The notes under the pieces are model-generated. The model searched no databases, was not told where the DNA came from, and worked only from the letters and a program-made list of their open reading frames with translations. A stretch of DNA of 64,000 nt, taken from Octopus sinensis. Its lineage: Eukaryota. The translations under genes and the position numbers were made by a program. The stretch is from assembly GCF_006345805.1 (NCBI RefSeq), contig NC_043005.1, positions 81,592,001 to 81,656,000 on the forward strand, given 5' to 3'. Shown piece by piece: positions 26,602 through 41,050 of the stretch (position 1 is its first letter; each line of letters begins with the position of its first letter).

Positions 26602-27927
26602 CTAAACGTTAAAAAGAAAGAAAATGAATGGTTTTATTGACTTGAAGACTATGATATCGTTACAGTTTCGTCTCTTAAATAACAGAAGAGAAGTTTAAAA
26701 ATGTCATAAAATATTGCTTATATGGAGAATAGGGTTGAAGAAAAGTATAACTGATAATAGACAAGGAATGTACGAGTAGGGGAACTCTTGGGAGAGTCAA
26801 ACAAAAGAGATGTGGAAAAAAAACGGAAAAAATACAATAATATATTTTAAAATAACTGTTGATGAAAGAAATATCAGATATTTCTTTCAGTGGTTTAGAA
26901 ACATAATATAATTTCATAGATATTCTGTATAGAAAGGAAAACAAGACACTTTATACACACACACACACACACACATATGCACAACAAACACATTCTCTAT
27001 TTCTCACATATATATGTCTGCGTGTCCATGTGTGTCAAATGCTTTAAAAATGTCGAAAATAGAAAAAAAATTCTTCACACATCTAATGATATCATTATAA
27101 CTTAGAACAGCTCTTGAGTGTTCGATACCTTGCGTTTGAGACCGATTTTAATGCCATTGAAGTAAGGACTGTCTTTATTTTATACTTTCACTACATTTTT
27201 TGCATAAATCATGTAAGTATTGTTACACTATCACTTCCATCGTCGAGGGATAAATCTGAGATAAAAAGCTCTGAATATTTAAAGATAATGATTTCCTTCA
27301 GAAACAACAGAATTTAATTTCACCGAAAAACAATCCGCTTTCAAGCAAAACACGTATGCATCACTATTAACTATACAGTGCTGTTCGTCACTGCCCCTTC
27401 TGAGTTTATTCCTTGTCTTACATACAAAACACTGCGAACGCTAAGAACTGTCATCAACTGTTTGTTAAATAACAAACTTTATATAAAACTCTTGCTCCCA
27501 CCAACCTCTCCGATTATCACAAGAATATTAACATACCATTAACGATCTGAGAATTTCTTTTATCATAACATTTTATGAATATTTCACATCTTTTATCACA
27601 AATTCTTTTTATATGTCTGTGTTTGATCGTCTTTCTCTACATATTTCTAGAAAGCGAAGTAAATATATTCAAAGAGTAAATAACCTCCATCTTCTCTCTC
27701 TCCTTCTTTCTAAAGTGCCATCTCTTTACTAAAGACTCGCTTGATTTTTCCGTTCATATTTTGGTGGAGGCATGACTATCTAGTTAAGAAGATCACTTTC
27801 TAATCGCCTGGTTTCGTGTTCAATCCCACTACATGATACCTTGCTAAAGTGCCTTCTACTAACGCTTCGAGCCGATTAAGGTCCTATTTGAGAATTCGAC
27901 ATACTGGAGGTTTATACAAGACCGTTG

Positions 27928-27958
<31 letters not shown>

Positions 27959-28898
27959 AAGATCTTGAAGCATTGTAGTCCAGTAGATCAACAAATGAAA
28001 TGAGCAAAGCTTCTAACAATGCAGGGATGAGAGGTGAAATACTTTCATATATTTTGGGTGCAAAAGCTCAGCTTCATTTTGGTATCCCTACGTAGACCCG
28101 CATATAACTCAAAGCACCGGGATCGGTTTCTTCAACTAAACCCCTTCAAGTCAGTACCACAAAACAGCCGCAGTCTAATGGTTGAAACAAGTAATGGACA
28201 AAAGATAACTGTATTTTTATTATTCAATGGTTAGATTTCCCTCTCAACAATAACAAATTTCAAAGTTTTAAACGTTCCCCTATACAAATCATTACAAAAC
28301 TGGTTGCGCAAATATTTCCCCTTCATCAAGTTCCGTCTGAGGCATTTACTTTTCTAATTCTCTGCCCTCAACTTTTCATTCCTGTTTATTAAGTGATTCT
28401 AGTTCCATGTCTCTCATCTTTTTCTAATAAATCGAGAGGAAAATGTATTATAAATATACAGGTACATTATCCGTATTTGTCTACATTATACATATACAAG
28501 CCACAAGCAACTCTGAGTTTTCTAACTAGCTGATTTATGATTATATATTATTTAACAAAGTATTCTAAATGATGTTATCTCTTGCTTTATCTACTTTGAG
28601 TCTCACAGCTGGAAAAATTATTTTGTATCTCTTGAAGATTAAAATAAATAAAATCTTTCAACGAAAGCAACATGGTTTTATCGCCGGTAAAAACAAAGTG
28701 TCTAAACGGAGAGGAAAACGGCATTCTTTTGTAAAATCATTAATAAACATGACAAATATACAGAAGGTTTGACTTCAAGTCGCTCAGGCATTATTAGAGA
28801 GTTTTTTGTTTCTCTTCTGAGGGATTTTTATCTAATATTCTACATGTAGAATTTATAATTTATCTAATAGAGTTTCATATTTAAAACGGCCCACTTAC

Positions 28899-28912
28899 AT
28901 CTTTCGAAGACT
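28899..28912 (-). CDS. Candidate 14-nt microexon (SLRK-I)
   Basis: TTTATATTCTTGTTAG|AGTCTTCGAAAGAT|GTAAGT; converts phase 0 to phase 2. Confidence 0.4.
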
Positions 28913-29389
28913 CTAACAAGAATATAAACATTTCTTATGATTAAGCCATATATATATATATACATGTGTGTGTCTGTATATATACATACATATATATATA
29001 TAATATATATATATATGATGGACTCTTCCACCGAAGTCGACGTATGAAGGTTCAGCTTTTTGCTGAATAACCTGCGTAAATGATCTGTTTCTAGTAATCA
29101 AATGTTCGCGCCGGACGTTAAATCATTCTCTCCAGCAAATCGATGTTCCCTGAGCAGGTGTACAGTGTACCACATGTTACATGTCGAAGTGTTCGCAGAG
29201 CAACGTGAGGTGAATTGTTCTGCACAAGAACACAACGAACCACCCAGACTAGTAATTGAAATCATGATCTCGCGACTACTAGTCTCGAAAATAACAAACT
29301 TCAACATATACATACATACACGCATACATACATACATACATAATATATATGTGTATATATATATATATTTATATTTGTGTATGTATATA

Positions 29390-29800
29390 TTCTTTTATTC
29401 GTTTGCTCATTCCAGTCATTTGGCTGCAGCCATGCTGGAGCACTGCCTTAAAGAGTGTTAGTCGAAGAAATAGACTTCAGGACTCTGTAAGACTAGTACT
29501 TATTCTGTCGGTGTCTTTTGCTGAACCTCTAGGTTACGGCGACACTAACACACCAGAATCGATTGTCTAGGGGTTGTGAAGAGGGAGACAAACACAGACA
29601 CACACATACACAAATATATAGATATATAGATATACAACGGGCTTATTCTAGTTTCAGTCTTACAGATCTACTCACATTGCTTCGGTCGGCCCGAGGCTAT
29701 ATTAGAAGATAGTTGCCCAATGTGCCACGCCGTGGGACTGAACCCAGAACGATGTTGTTGGGAAGCAAGCGTCTTACCGCACAGCTATGCCTGCGCCTAT
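29390..29800 (-). mobile_element. SINE family 2 copy
   Basis: Reverse complement of the family 2 tail and head (GTGCCACGCCGTGGGACTGAACCC...CCTGCGCCT). Confidence 0.75.
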
Positions 29801-30827
29801 ATATGTATATATATCTGTACACCACTTCAAACACACACACACACTCTCTTTCTCTCACTCTCTTTATCTTTCTATATATACATGTGCACGAATAATAATA
29901 CATAAATAAACATTCGATATATAAACATTTTAAATATTTACATCATATATACATATGTACACACACTCATACAAACACATATATGCATTATATATATATT
30001 TACATGTATGTACATATCTCTGCACACATATGAGTGTGTGTGCTTCTGTGTGTGCGTGTATATATATATATATTTATATATATATGAATATATGAATAAA
30101 ATTATGACATACGTACATACACACGCAGATATATACATAGATATATACACGTGTGTGTGTTTTCACCGTTTGTACGTGTCTCTCTATAGATACGAATTCA
30201 CATCTTGTTTTCATGTTAATCTTTATCTTATGTAATTTCTTCCATTAAACCAATATTTTTTGGCCCATATCACTGACATCATGTGAATGCTGACGCAAAC
30301 ATCAAAAACACATTTCTGAATAGAAATTCATGCCGTGAATTGAATCGATCATTATTATATACATACAGCTTCCTGCACTATATTATATGCATTATATACA
30401 TAAAGCTTCCTGCACTAAAATAATTTATCAGAAAACAAATAATTATGCAAGTGACTGCTTATATGATTGTGTTCCATAATGTATTCTGTGTTAGTATGTG
30501 GCTTTGATTTTGAACTTGTTTAGAATCCTAGTTTTTGATAGTTACTTTTCACACTTGTATAATGCTTTCAGAAAGGTATAAAAAATATCGGCCGTGTATA
30601 TTTCTAGTCGCTATCGATACATATCGTGATAACAAAGAAAATCGCGATAGGGAAGACTTTTTTGTATAGAAATTGTATTTTCAGTGACGTCTCGAATGAC
30701 ACACACACGCACAGAAACAATAACACATACACACAAATATATATTTATAATGAATATACATATTAAAATATGTATATAATTATAAAGCGTTATGTATATG
30801 TAATTGTATATATATATACATACATAC

Positions 30828-30863
<36 letters not shown>

Positions 30864-30866
<3 letters not shown>

Positions 30867-31451
30867 CAAGATAAGAAAATGGAGAAATACATATAAATCA
30901 AATATCAATTACCAGATAATACTCAATCACTTTATTAAACCACCACATAAGAAACTGTAGGGTTAAATATAAAAAGCAGAACAAATCAGTGTACATAAAG
31001 GAATGTACATAAAAAAGTGTACATAAAAGAGTAATGTTGTATAATAATTAGAATATATATAAAAAAGAATATAAATACAAGTAAATATAAATATAAGTAT
31101 AAATTAGATCTTACAGCTGTTTCGGCCATGTCGATAATTATGTCCCATTTTACCAATATTATGACCAACCATAAAGGGCTATATTGGTAAAATGAGACAT
31201 AATTATCGACATGGCCGAAACAGCTGTAAGATCTAAGTTATACTTATATTTATATTTACTTGTATTTATATTCTTTTTTATATATATTCTAATTATTATA
31301 CAACATTACTCTTTTATGTACACTGATTTGTTTTGCTTTTTATATTTAACCCTACAGTGTCTTATGTGGTGGTTTAATAAAGTATGTGATTGAGTATTAT
31401 CTGGTAATTGATATTTGATTTAGATTATTTCTCCATTTTCTTATCTTGTAT
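30864..31451. repeat. Long near-perfect inverted repeat (arms ~296 and ~271 bp, 21-bp spacer)
   Basis: Left arm 30864-31159 is the reverse complement of right arm 31181-31451, apart from a few substitutions and a TGTACATAAA expansion in the left arm. Confidence 0.95.
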
Positions 31452-31620
31452 TAGTAATTTGTGGTAAATCATTTTACCTCTGCCCATATAATACAGTAAA
31501 TGAATTGATTGCATCGCAATCATTAACATTTATGTATTAACATTGTTGGGTACTTCACTAGCAGTATATTGGATATACGTTATCCCATAGAGGGTTGCAT
31601 TTACAACCCCTATCTCAATT

Positions 31621-31655
<35 letters not shown>

Positions 31656-31811
31656 TCTTTTACTCTTTTACATGTTTCAGTCATTTGACTATGGCCTTGC
31701 TGGAGCACCGCCTTTAGTCGAGCAAATCGCCCGCAGGACTTATTCTTTGGGGGGGGGGGGCAAACACAGACACACAAACATACATACACACACACACATA
31801 TATATATATAA

Positions 31812-31864
<53 letters not shown>

Positions 31865-31971
31865 CACACATATATATACACACATATATACATATAGACA
31901 CATATATACACACACACATATATATATACATATATACACACACACACACATATATATATAAACATATATAT

Positions 31972-32004
<33 letters not shown>

Positions 32005-32254
32005 GATATACATATATAAGCTCACTCCCGCCATCAGATCGACATTACCTGTACAGGTGCAACGGGTGACAGATGTCAGATGCCAAAATGATCGCAGAGC
32101 AACGAGAAATGAAGTTCTTTGCTCAAAAACCCAACGCACCGCACGGCTTGGGAAATCGAACCGATGATCTCGCAATCGTGAGTGCAACACCTTAAACACT
32201 GCGCCAATCGCCTTCTCCATTTATAATTTTTTCAAACTGTCTTGTCCGCCTACA

Positions 32255-32650
32255 TCTTTGTATATAAAAGTGAAGTTCTGTGTCTGTCTACTCCGATTTA
32301 GATTCCTGACTACTCCCACATTTTGCGGTGCAGTTTAACCAAAACCGAGTATCGTATTGTCGTGATTCATATGAAGCCCTTCTGGGTATTAGCGCGCGTC
32401 TACGATGAGTCTACGATTTTAAAAATAATTTACCATTATTTTTTTTCATTTTAATGCAGATTTTTTTTTAATATAAGGGAAGTAACTCTCTAAAAATGTC
32501 TACGATGAGTCAACGATTTAAAAAAAAAATTACTATAATTTTTTTCCCATTTTTAATGCATTTTTTGCTATCTTTTGGCTATAACTCTCTAAAAATGCTT
32601 TATAGTTATTTCCCTTACAAACCCGAGCAACGCCGGGCGATACTGTTCGT
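32255..32650 (+). mobile_element. Non-autonomous Helitron-like element
   Basis: A|TC 5' end followed by TATATAAAAG; subterminal hairpin CCCG-AGCAACGC-CGGG (32622-32637); degenerate CTAG end; internal tandem duplication of a TCTACGATGAGTC..CGATTT block. Confidence 0.75.
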
Positions 32651-33464
32651 CTATAAATAAGACTGTATATTTCGTGCTTTGGCAATTTGACATCTCTGTT
32701 CAGCAGATAAGGCCATTGCTTAGAGTGTCTCCTCTTTGTGTGTAATTTATTCACACGTATATGTTATAAAACTATTTATGATCTACGAAGATTTTTCACG
32801 CATGCTGGCCACTGGTATAAATTTATTATTTTTAATAAGTTTATATACATATATTTAGATATTTTAATTCCTGAGTCAGATATTCCCTGCTGCTTTATTC
32901 TGGCTTGGCACGTTTGGATGAGGACATTTGAATTGAATTCAGGATATAAAACGATAACACTTGATATACACGTGTGCCCTTTGGTATATGGTATGTATTT
33001 GAGTTTTATAACTTGACGCCCCAGTAGTTTCTACTAATGATCTACACATAAGTAATTTATTTAATTACTAATGGTGAAACTTCGGGGTATAGAAATGACT
33101 GGTCTTTTTAATTTTTTCAAATTGTTTTGCGCATCTACATACGTGCTGTAAATAAGAATGTATTCCTCGTGGTTTGGGGATTTGACATATCTTTTTAGCA
33201 TGTAAAGAAACCACTACTTCTCTTTGTTCTTCTCTCTGTGTGTAATCTATACACACGTATATACACATGTATAATAATTTTTACCCTTTATATATTTATA
33301 CTTAAATACATACGTAAAAATGTACACTTGCATATCTATATACACATACATTATATATATATATACATACACACACACATATATATACACACGCACACAC
33401 ATATATATACACTCACATATATACACATACACACACACAGAGACACAGACACACACACACACAT

Positions 33465-33529
<65 letters not shown>

Positions 33530-33911
33530 CATCTGTATGTGTGTGTGTGTGTGTGTGCGATTGTCTGTGATGTGTGTCATTGTTTATTGTGCAGCACTTA
33601 GGGAATTTCCGACTTGACTTCTCAATTATTCAGTAATCTGAACTACCTTCACTTGCTCTAGGAATCGGATTGAATCAAATATTAACTTTACCTCGAGCAG
33701 ATGAAATGTGATACTGTTATGACAAGGCTAAATGACAGATATGATACATGCCGTTGTTTGCTGTATAGGTTCTTGGGTACTAAATGCCACACGCAAAGGT
33801 CTGTTCGATGCCTACTCGTAGTGATTGACAAGGGCAATTGAGGCCATGTAGCGGTATCGGTCTTGAGATATCGTGGCTGCGAACGAAAGAACATATCTCA
33901 CCAGCCATATT

Positions 33912-34335
33912 GCATATATATATATATATATGCATGCATACATATATATATATATCTATATTATATATATTCATATCTATATATGCATGCATACATATAT
34001 ATATATATCTATATATATATATATTCATATCTATATATATATATTCATATATATATATATATATTATATAAATTAAATATATATATATATATATATATGC
34101 ATGCATACATATATATATATATATATGCATGCATACATATATATATATATATGCATGCATACAATATATATATAGCATGCATACATTATATATATATATT
34201 CACATATATATTATATAAATTAAATATATATATATATGCATGCATACACATATATATATATATGCATGCATACATATATATATATATATATTCATATATA
34301 TATTATATAAATTAAATATATATATATATTATGCA

Positions 34336-34369
<34 letters not shown>

Positions 34370-34774
34370 TGCATTACATATATATATATATATGCATACA
34401 GATATATATATATATTCATATCTATATAATATATATATATGAATATCTATATATATATATATATTAATATCTATATATATATATATTCATATATATATTA
34501 TATAAATTAAATATATATATATGCATGCATACATATATATATATGCATGCATACATATATATATATATGCATGCATACATATATATATATATATTCATAT
34601 CTATATATATATATATATTCATATCTATATATATATAATATTCATATATATATAATAATATATTCATATATATATTATATAAATTAAATATATATATATA
34701 TATGCATGCATACATATATATATATATTCATATCTATATATATATATATATTCATATATATATATATATTCATA

Positions 34775-34821
<47 letters not shown>

Positions 34822-34898
34822 TATATATATATATAATTCATATATATATATATATATATATATAATATTCATATATATATATATATATATTATATATA
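33912..34898. repeat. ~1-kb (TA)n array with ATGCATGCATAC and ATTCAT sub-motifs
   Basis: Direct reading. Confidence 0.95.
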
Positions 34899-35996
34899 TT
34901 AGTGAGCGGTGTTCCGCAGGGCACTGTTCTGGGACCACTACTGTTCATAATGGCCCTCTCAGACATGCCCTCAGCCACGCAGAGAGCCACGATCACAAGT
35001 TATGCAGATGATACAAAAGTTTCACAGGCAATACAGAACCCTGAGGACACTAAGCACCTGCAATGTGAGCTGGACGAAATATACAAGTGGGCTGAAAAGA
35101 ATAGCATGCAGTTCAATGCTGAAAAGTTTCAAGCTTTATACTATCAGCATGCAAAACTGAATGCAATACCCAATGAATAAACTGGACCCGGAGGGATTGC
35201 AATCCCAGAGGCATAATCAGTGCGTGACCTGGGTATTCACATGAGTGACGACGCGACCTTTCATGTACATGTTGCTAAACTGACAAGAAATGTAGACGGC
35301 TGGCTGGTGGCTGGATTCTTAGAACATTTAGAACAGAGAAGAAGAAACCATGATGGTCCTCTGGAAGACACTTGTCCAAGCCACTTTGACTATTGCTCTC
35401 AGCTATGGTCACCATCCAGTGTCAAGTTGATCACAGAACTTGAGGCGATCCAACGAAGCTACACGAGAAGATAGCCTCTGTGCAGATATGAGCTACTGGG
35501 AGAGACTCAAGAGATTAAAGCTTATTCCCTGGAGCGTAGACGAGAAAGATATGCCATAATATATATCTGGAAGATCCTGGAAGGTCTTGTCCCAGACTTT
35601 GGCATCGATAGTTACGCAAATTCCAGAACCGGACGCCACTGCGTAGTACCAAGGACTCCAAATTTGCCATCAAGATGTAGGACAATATATTGTGATAGCC
35701 TGGGCTTCAGAGGCCCACGGCTCTTCAATATCCTCCCGAAGAACCTGAGGGACCTGCATGGTGTAGATGCGGATGTCTTTAAAGTAGGACTGGATCTCTT
35801 CCTGTCAGATGTCCCGGATGAACCAACTTCACGGCAGGAGGTGCAGATGAGGGCAGCTGCATCGAACTCTCTCATGCATCAGATGGCGTTTGCTAAAAAG
35901 CATCCGTGAGGTAAAACCGTGTAGCAAACCAAATGGCGGTGCCCAGCATGGCCACAGCTCATTAGCTGAAACTGGAAAATCAAAATCAATCAATCA

Positions 35997-36000
<4 letters not shown>
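34899..36000 (+). mobile_element. 5'-truncated CR1-like LINE (second family), frameshifted
   Basis: [24 protein letters not shown] and DYCSQLWSP spread over broken frames; (AATC)n tail at 35978-36000. Confidence 0.92.
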
Positions 36001-36030
<30 letters not shown>

Positions 36031-36462
36031 TATTATAATATATATATATATATATTCATATATATATATATATAATATATATTATATATATTCATATATA
36101 TATATATAATATATATATATATAATATATATATTATATATATATATTATATATATTCATTATATATATATATATATATATCATATATATATATATAACTA
36201 TATATTCATATATATATATATATATATATATTCATATATATATATTATATATTATATATATATTCATATATATATATATATATTATATATATTCATATAT
36301 ATATATATATATTATATATATATTCATATATATATATATTAATATATATATTCATATTATATATATATTAATATATATATATTCATATATATATATATTA
36401 TATATATATTCATATTATATATATATTATAATATATATTCATATATATATAGATTATATATA

Positions 36463-36493
<31 letters not shown>

Positions 36494-37056
36494 CATATAT
36501 ATATATATATTATTATATATATTCATATATATATATTTATATATATTATATATATATATATTATATTATATATTATATTATATATATATATTCATATATA
36601 ATATATATATATTATATATATATCATTATATATATTTATATATATATATTCATATATATATATATATATATATATTCATTATATATATATATTATATATA
36701 TATTCATATATATATATATATTATATATATATTCATATATATATATATCTATATATATTATATATATATTCATATATATATATATTCATTATATATATAT
36801 ATATATATATTATATATATTCATATATATATATATATTCATATATATAATATATTATATATATATATATATTCATATAATTATATATATTATCATATATA
36901 TATATATATATATATATATTCATATATATATATATATAGTCATATATATATATTATATATCTTATTATATATATAATATATATATATATTCATATATATA
37001 TATATATATATATTCATTATATATATATATATATATCAATATATATATATATATTA

Positions 37057-37108
<52 letters not shown>

Positions 37109-37279
37109 ATTATATATATATAATATATATATTCATATATATAATATAGATATATATATATATTATATATTATAATATATTAGTATATATATATAATATT
37201 CATATATATATATATATTATATATATATATATTATATATATCTATATATATTATATATATATATATATATAATATATAT

Positions 37280-37313
<34 letters not shown>

Positions 37314-37341
37314 ATATATTATATGATATATTATATATTAT

Positions 37342-37373
<32 letters not shown>

Positions 37374-37444
37374 ATATATTATATATATTATATATATATA
37401 TTATAATATATATATATATTATATATATATATTTATATATATTA

Positions 37445-37477
<33 letters not shown>

Positions 37478-37595
37478 GTATATATATATATATATTATAT
37501 ATATATCATATATATATATATTATATATATATTAATATATATATATATATTCATTATATATATAATATATATATATATATATTATATTATATATA

Positions 37596-37627
<32 letters not shown>

Positions 37628-37637
37628 CACATATATA

Positions 37638-37719
<82 letters not shown>

Positions 37720-38155
37720 TATATATATTATATATATATATATTCATATATATATATCTATATATATATATATATTATATATATATTCATATATATATAT
37801 ATATTAATATATATTATTATATATATATATATATTATATATATATTCATATATATATATATATATTATATATATATATTATATATATATATATAATATTA
37901 TATATATATTATATATATATAATATATATATATATATTATATATATATTCATATATATATATATATTTATATATATTCATATATATATATATATATATCA
38001 TATATTATATATATATCATATATATATATATATATATTATATATTATTCATATATATATACTATATATATATATATATATTCATAATATATATATATTCA
38101 TATATATATATATATTCATATAATATATATATATATATTATATTATATATATTAT

Positions 38156-38196
<41 letters not shown>

Positions 38197-38478
38197 TATA
38201 TATATATATATATATATATATTCATATATATATATATATATATTATATATAATATATACATTTCATATATATATTATATATATATATATATATATATCTT
38301 ATCATATATATATTCATATATATATCTATATATATATATATATAATATATTCATATATATATATATATATTATATATAATATATACATAATTAATTAATA
38401 AGGGTGAGAGAATTAGATACTAAGTTAATAGTATATCTATTCATATATTCATATATATATATATATATATATATATTC

Positions 38479-38518
<40 letters not shown>

Positions 38519-38560
38519 TTATATATATATATAGTTGCTTGCATACATAAGCAGAGAAAT
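36001..38560. repeat. ~2.5-kb degenerate (TA)n array
   Basis: Nearly pure A/T alternation with recurring TTC/TTA interruptions. Confidence 0.95.
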
Positions 38561-38584
38561 ACTCACGCATACATTTTTATGTGT

Positions 38585-38629
<45 letters not shown>

Positions 38630-39904
38630 AGAGAGAGAGAGAGAGGCAAACATACACATACGTACATATACCCTTGTGTGTGTGTTCGCGTGTACAAACA
38701 TCAGCGAATGAAGAAAGAGATTAGAAGAGCAGAGGTGAGTCAGATGTTAGAAATAATAGCGCTGAATATATGACTCATAACACTATAATCTATCTCATTT
38801 GATCTGTAAGATATTAATATTGTTTTATGTAAATATTCTGCCTCGATACTTCCTCGATTTTTAACTCTAAGTAAAAGCGAAACTTTTTTTTATGAACTTA
38901 TGACATCCATCTATATGATAATCGAATCTATAATCATACACCAAATATATCGATACGCGCAATATATAGACGATGCTTTATTGTTTTCCAGCTACTCGAT
39001 AAGCGTAGTAGTATTCAAGAGATCTAATTCTGATGGATCGCATCAAGTTTAGTGGACACGTAAACAATAACAAGCGTAGTCAAGACTGCGAGCTGGCATA
39101 AACGTTAGCACGCCGGTCGAAATGCGTAGCCGTATTTCGTCTGCCGCTACGTTCTGAGTTCAAATTCCGCCGAGGTCGACTTTGCCTTTCATCAGTTTCA
39201 GGGTCGAATAAATACGTACCAGTTACGCATTGGGGTCAATATAATCGACTTAATCCATTTGTCGGCCCTTGTTTGTCTCCTCTCTGTGTAGTAGCCCCTT
39301 GAGGAGCTTAGCTCACTTGTGATCTAAACGAGTAGGTACTCTGAGTAAGTGCTATAGTTAGTCCAGCATTATGTTCCAAGATCACAGCTAAGGCTGGATC
39401 TAGGGATCCGTATTAGGGTTCCATTATAGCGGGTATAAATTATATTAGGGGAAAAATCAAAACCAAGGCAGAACATGTATGCCAAGTGATTTATAATAAT
39501 TTAATTTGAAGTCTTACAGTTATTTGCAGTCTTACCCAAATTACATTATTATAAATGTCTTCAGATACTACTGCCTCGGCTTTGATTTTCCTCTAATATT
39601 ATATATGATAATATATATATATATATATATAATATATATATATATGTATGTATGTATGTATAGACATGCATGCATTTTTGTAAGCCCCCAAATATCTTTC
39701 CAATCTGGATTGATGTATTTATATTCTTGTGATATAGTTACTTCGCAAAAGAGAGCAGTAGAATAAGTCCCAAATGCTAAACTATGTACTGGGATCGATA
39801 AATTCGACCTACTCCGCTAGACGGCATGCCAACACGGCTGTAGTCTAATGATTGAAACATGTGGAAGAGTAGAAGAGAATCCCCGTATTTCTGTTCGTAC
39901 TTAC

Positions 39905-39997
39905 AACCAAGTATGGGACGTCGGCTTTAAGAGCAATGGATTTTACACGAAGCTGCCTCATGTAATCGTGGTCCATTAACTATGGCTTTTGTGTCTC
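39905..39997 (-). CDS. Candidate first coding exon: 5' UTR + MDHDYMRQLRVKSIALKADVPYLV (CDS 39905-39976)
   Basis: TTTAG acceptor and GTAAGT donor. An in-frame TAG lies just upstream of the ATG, followed by 24 open codons ending in phase 0. Confidence 0.55.
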
Positions 39998-41011
39998 CTA
40001 AATCATTAAAAAATAATAAGATCTATATATCTTTAATCCTCAGAGCTGTTACATTTGATTCTCTCTCTCATGGACCCAAGAACATAAGCAATTTTCATAC
40101 CTTAAAATTAATGTGATAACATCTTGTTCCTCTTGATATATTTTTGGCCTTATAATAATTTCTGTTTACTTATCTATCGACATGCATTTAATCACTCTCC
40201 TCTTAAAAGTATCACATTTTACTTCGTATAACAATAGTTTTCTTCCGACTAATGTTTGTGTTGTGTGGACACCCATAGACGATGAAGTAGCCTAGCCCAA
40301 TACGTAGATACAGAAGTATCAGTCGTAGTAAACTAGAGCACAGCAGAGTAGCGGTGAGAGTTGAGTGGAAGGCATCCGAACATTGTGACATAACAGTGGC
40401 GACGAGGTTTCGTAGCTCACACAGCCACTGTGTAGTATTGCGACATAACAGTATGGCAAACATTTTTAAAACCCTCTATTTCAGTTCTATAACCTTTAGC
40501 CTGATAATTGTGCTCTTAGACCAGAATTATGGAAATGTTAGGGGCTTATTTCTTCATTAAGGATATTATTAAAGAATACGTTGACTATGATGTCTTATCT
40601 AATATGCGTATCGTTTGCTTCTGTGCGTTATCCTACAGTCACGTTTTGTGATATACTTCGGCGTTCATATAGCTTCTATGGTTCCTGCCTATCTCACATG
40701 GTGTTCTGAATAAGCATATTATTTTCGCCTGATTTAGAACCTTTTTATTACTTGTTGTCTTGCTGTTAATAGGGATAAATTTAACTTTAGTATTTCAAGT
40801 TGTGCATGTATATATATATAAGTATGTGTAAAAATATATGTAAGCGTGTGTGTATGAATGATTAATGCAGCATTTATTGTTTATTTAATTAGTTTTCATT
40901 TTCGGCATTTTGCATATTCACACACCATATATCATATCACACAGATACACACACGCAAGCAAACACACATATATAAGCATGCATATGTCTATATGTATAT
41001 ATATATATATA

Positions 41012-41050
<39 letters not shown>

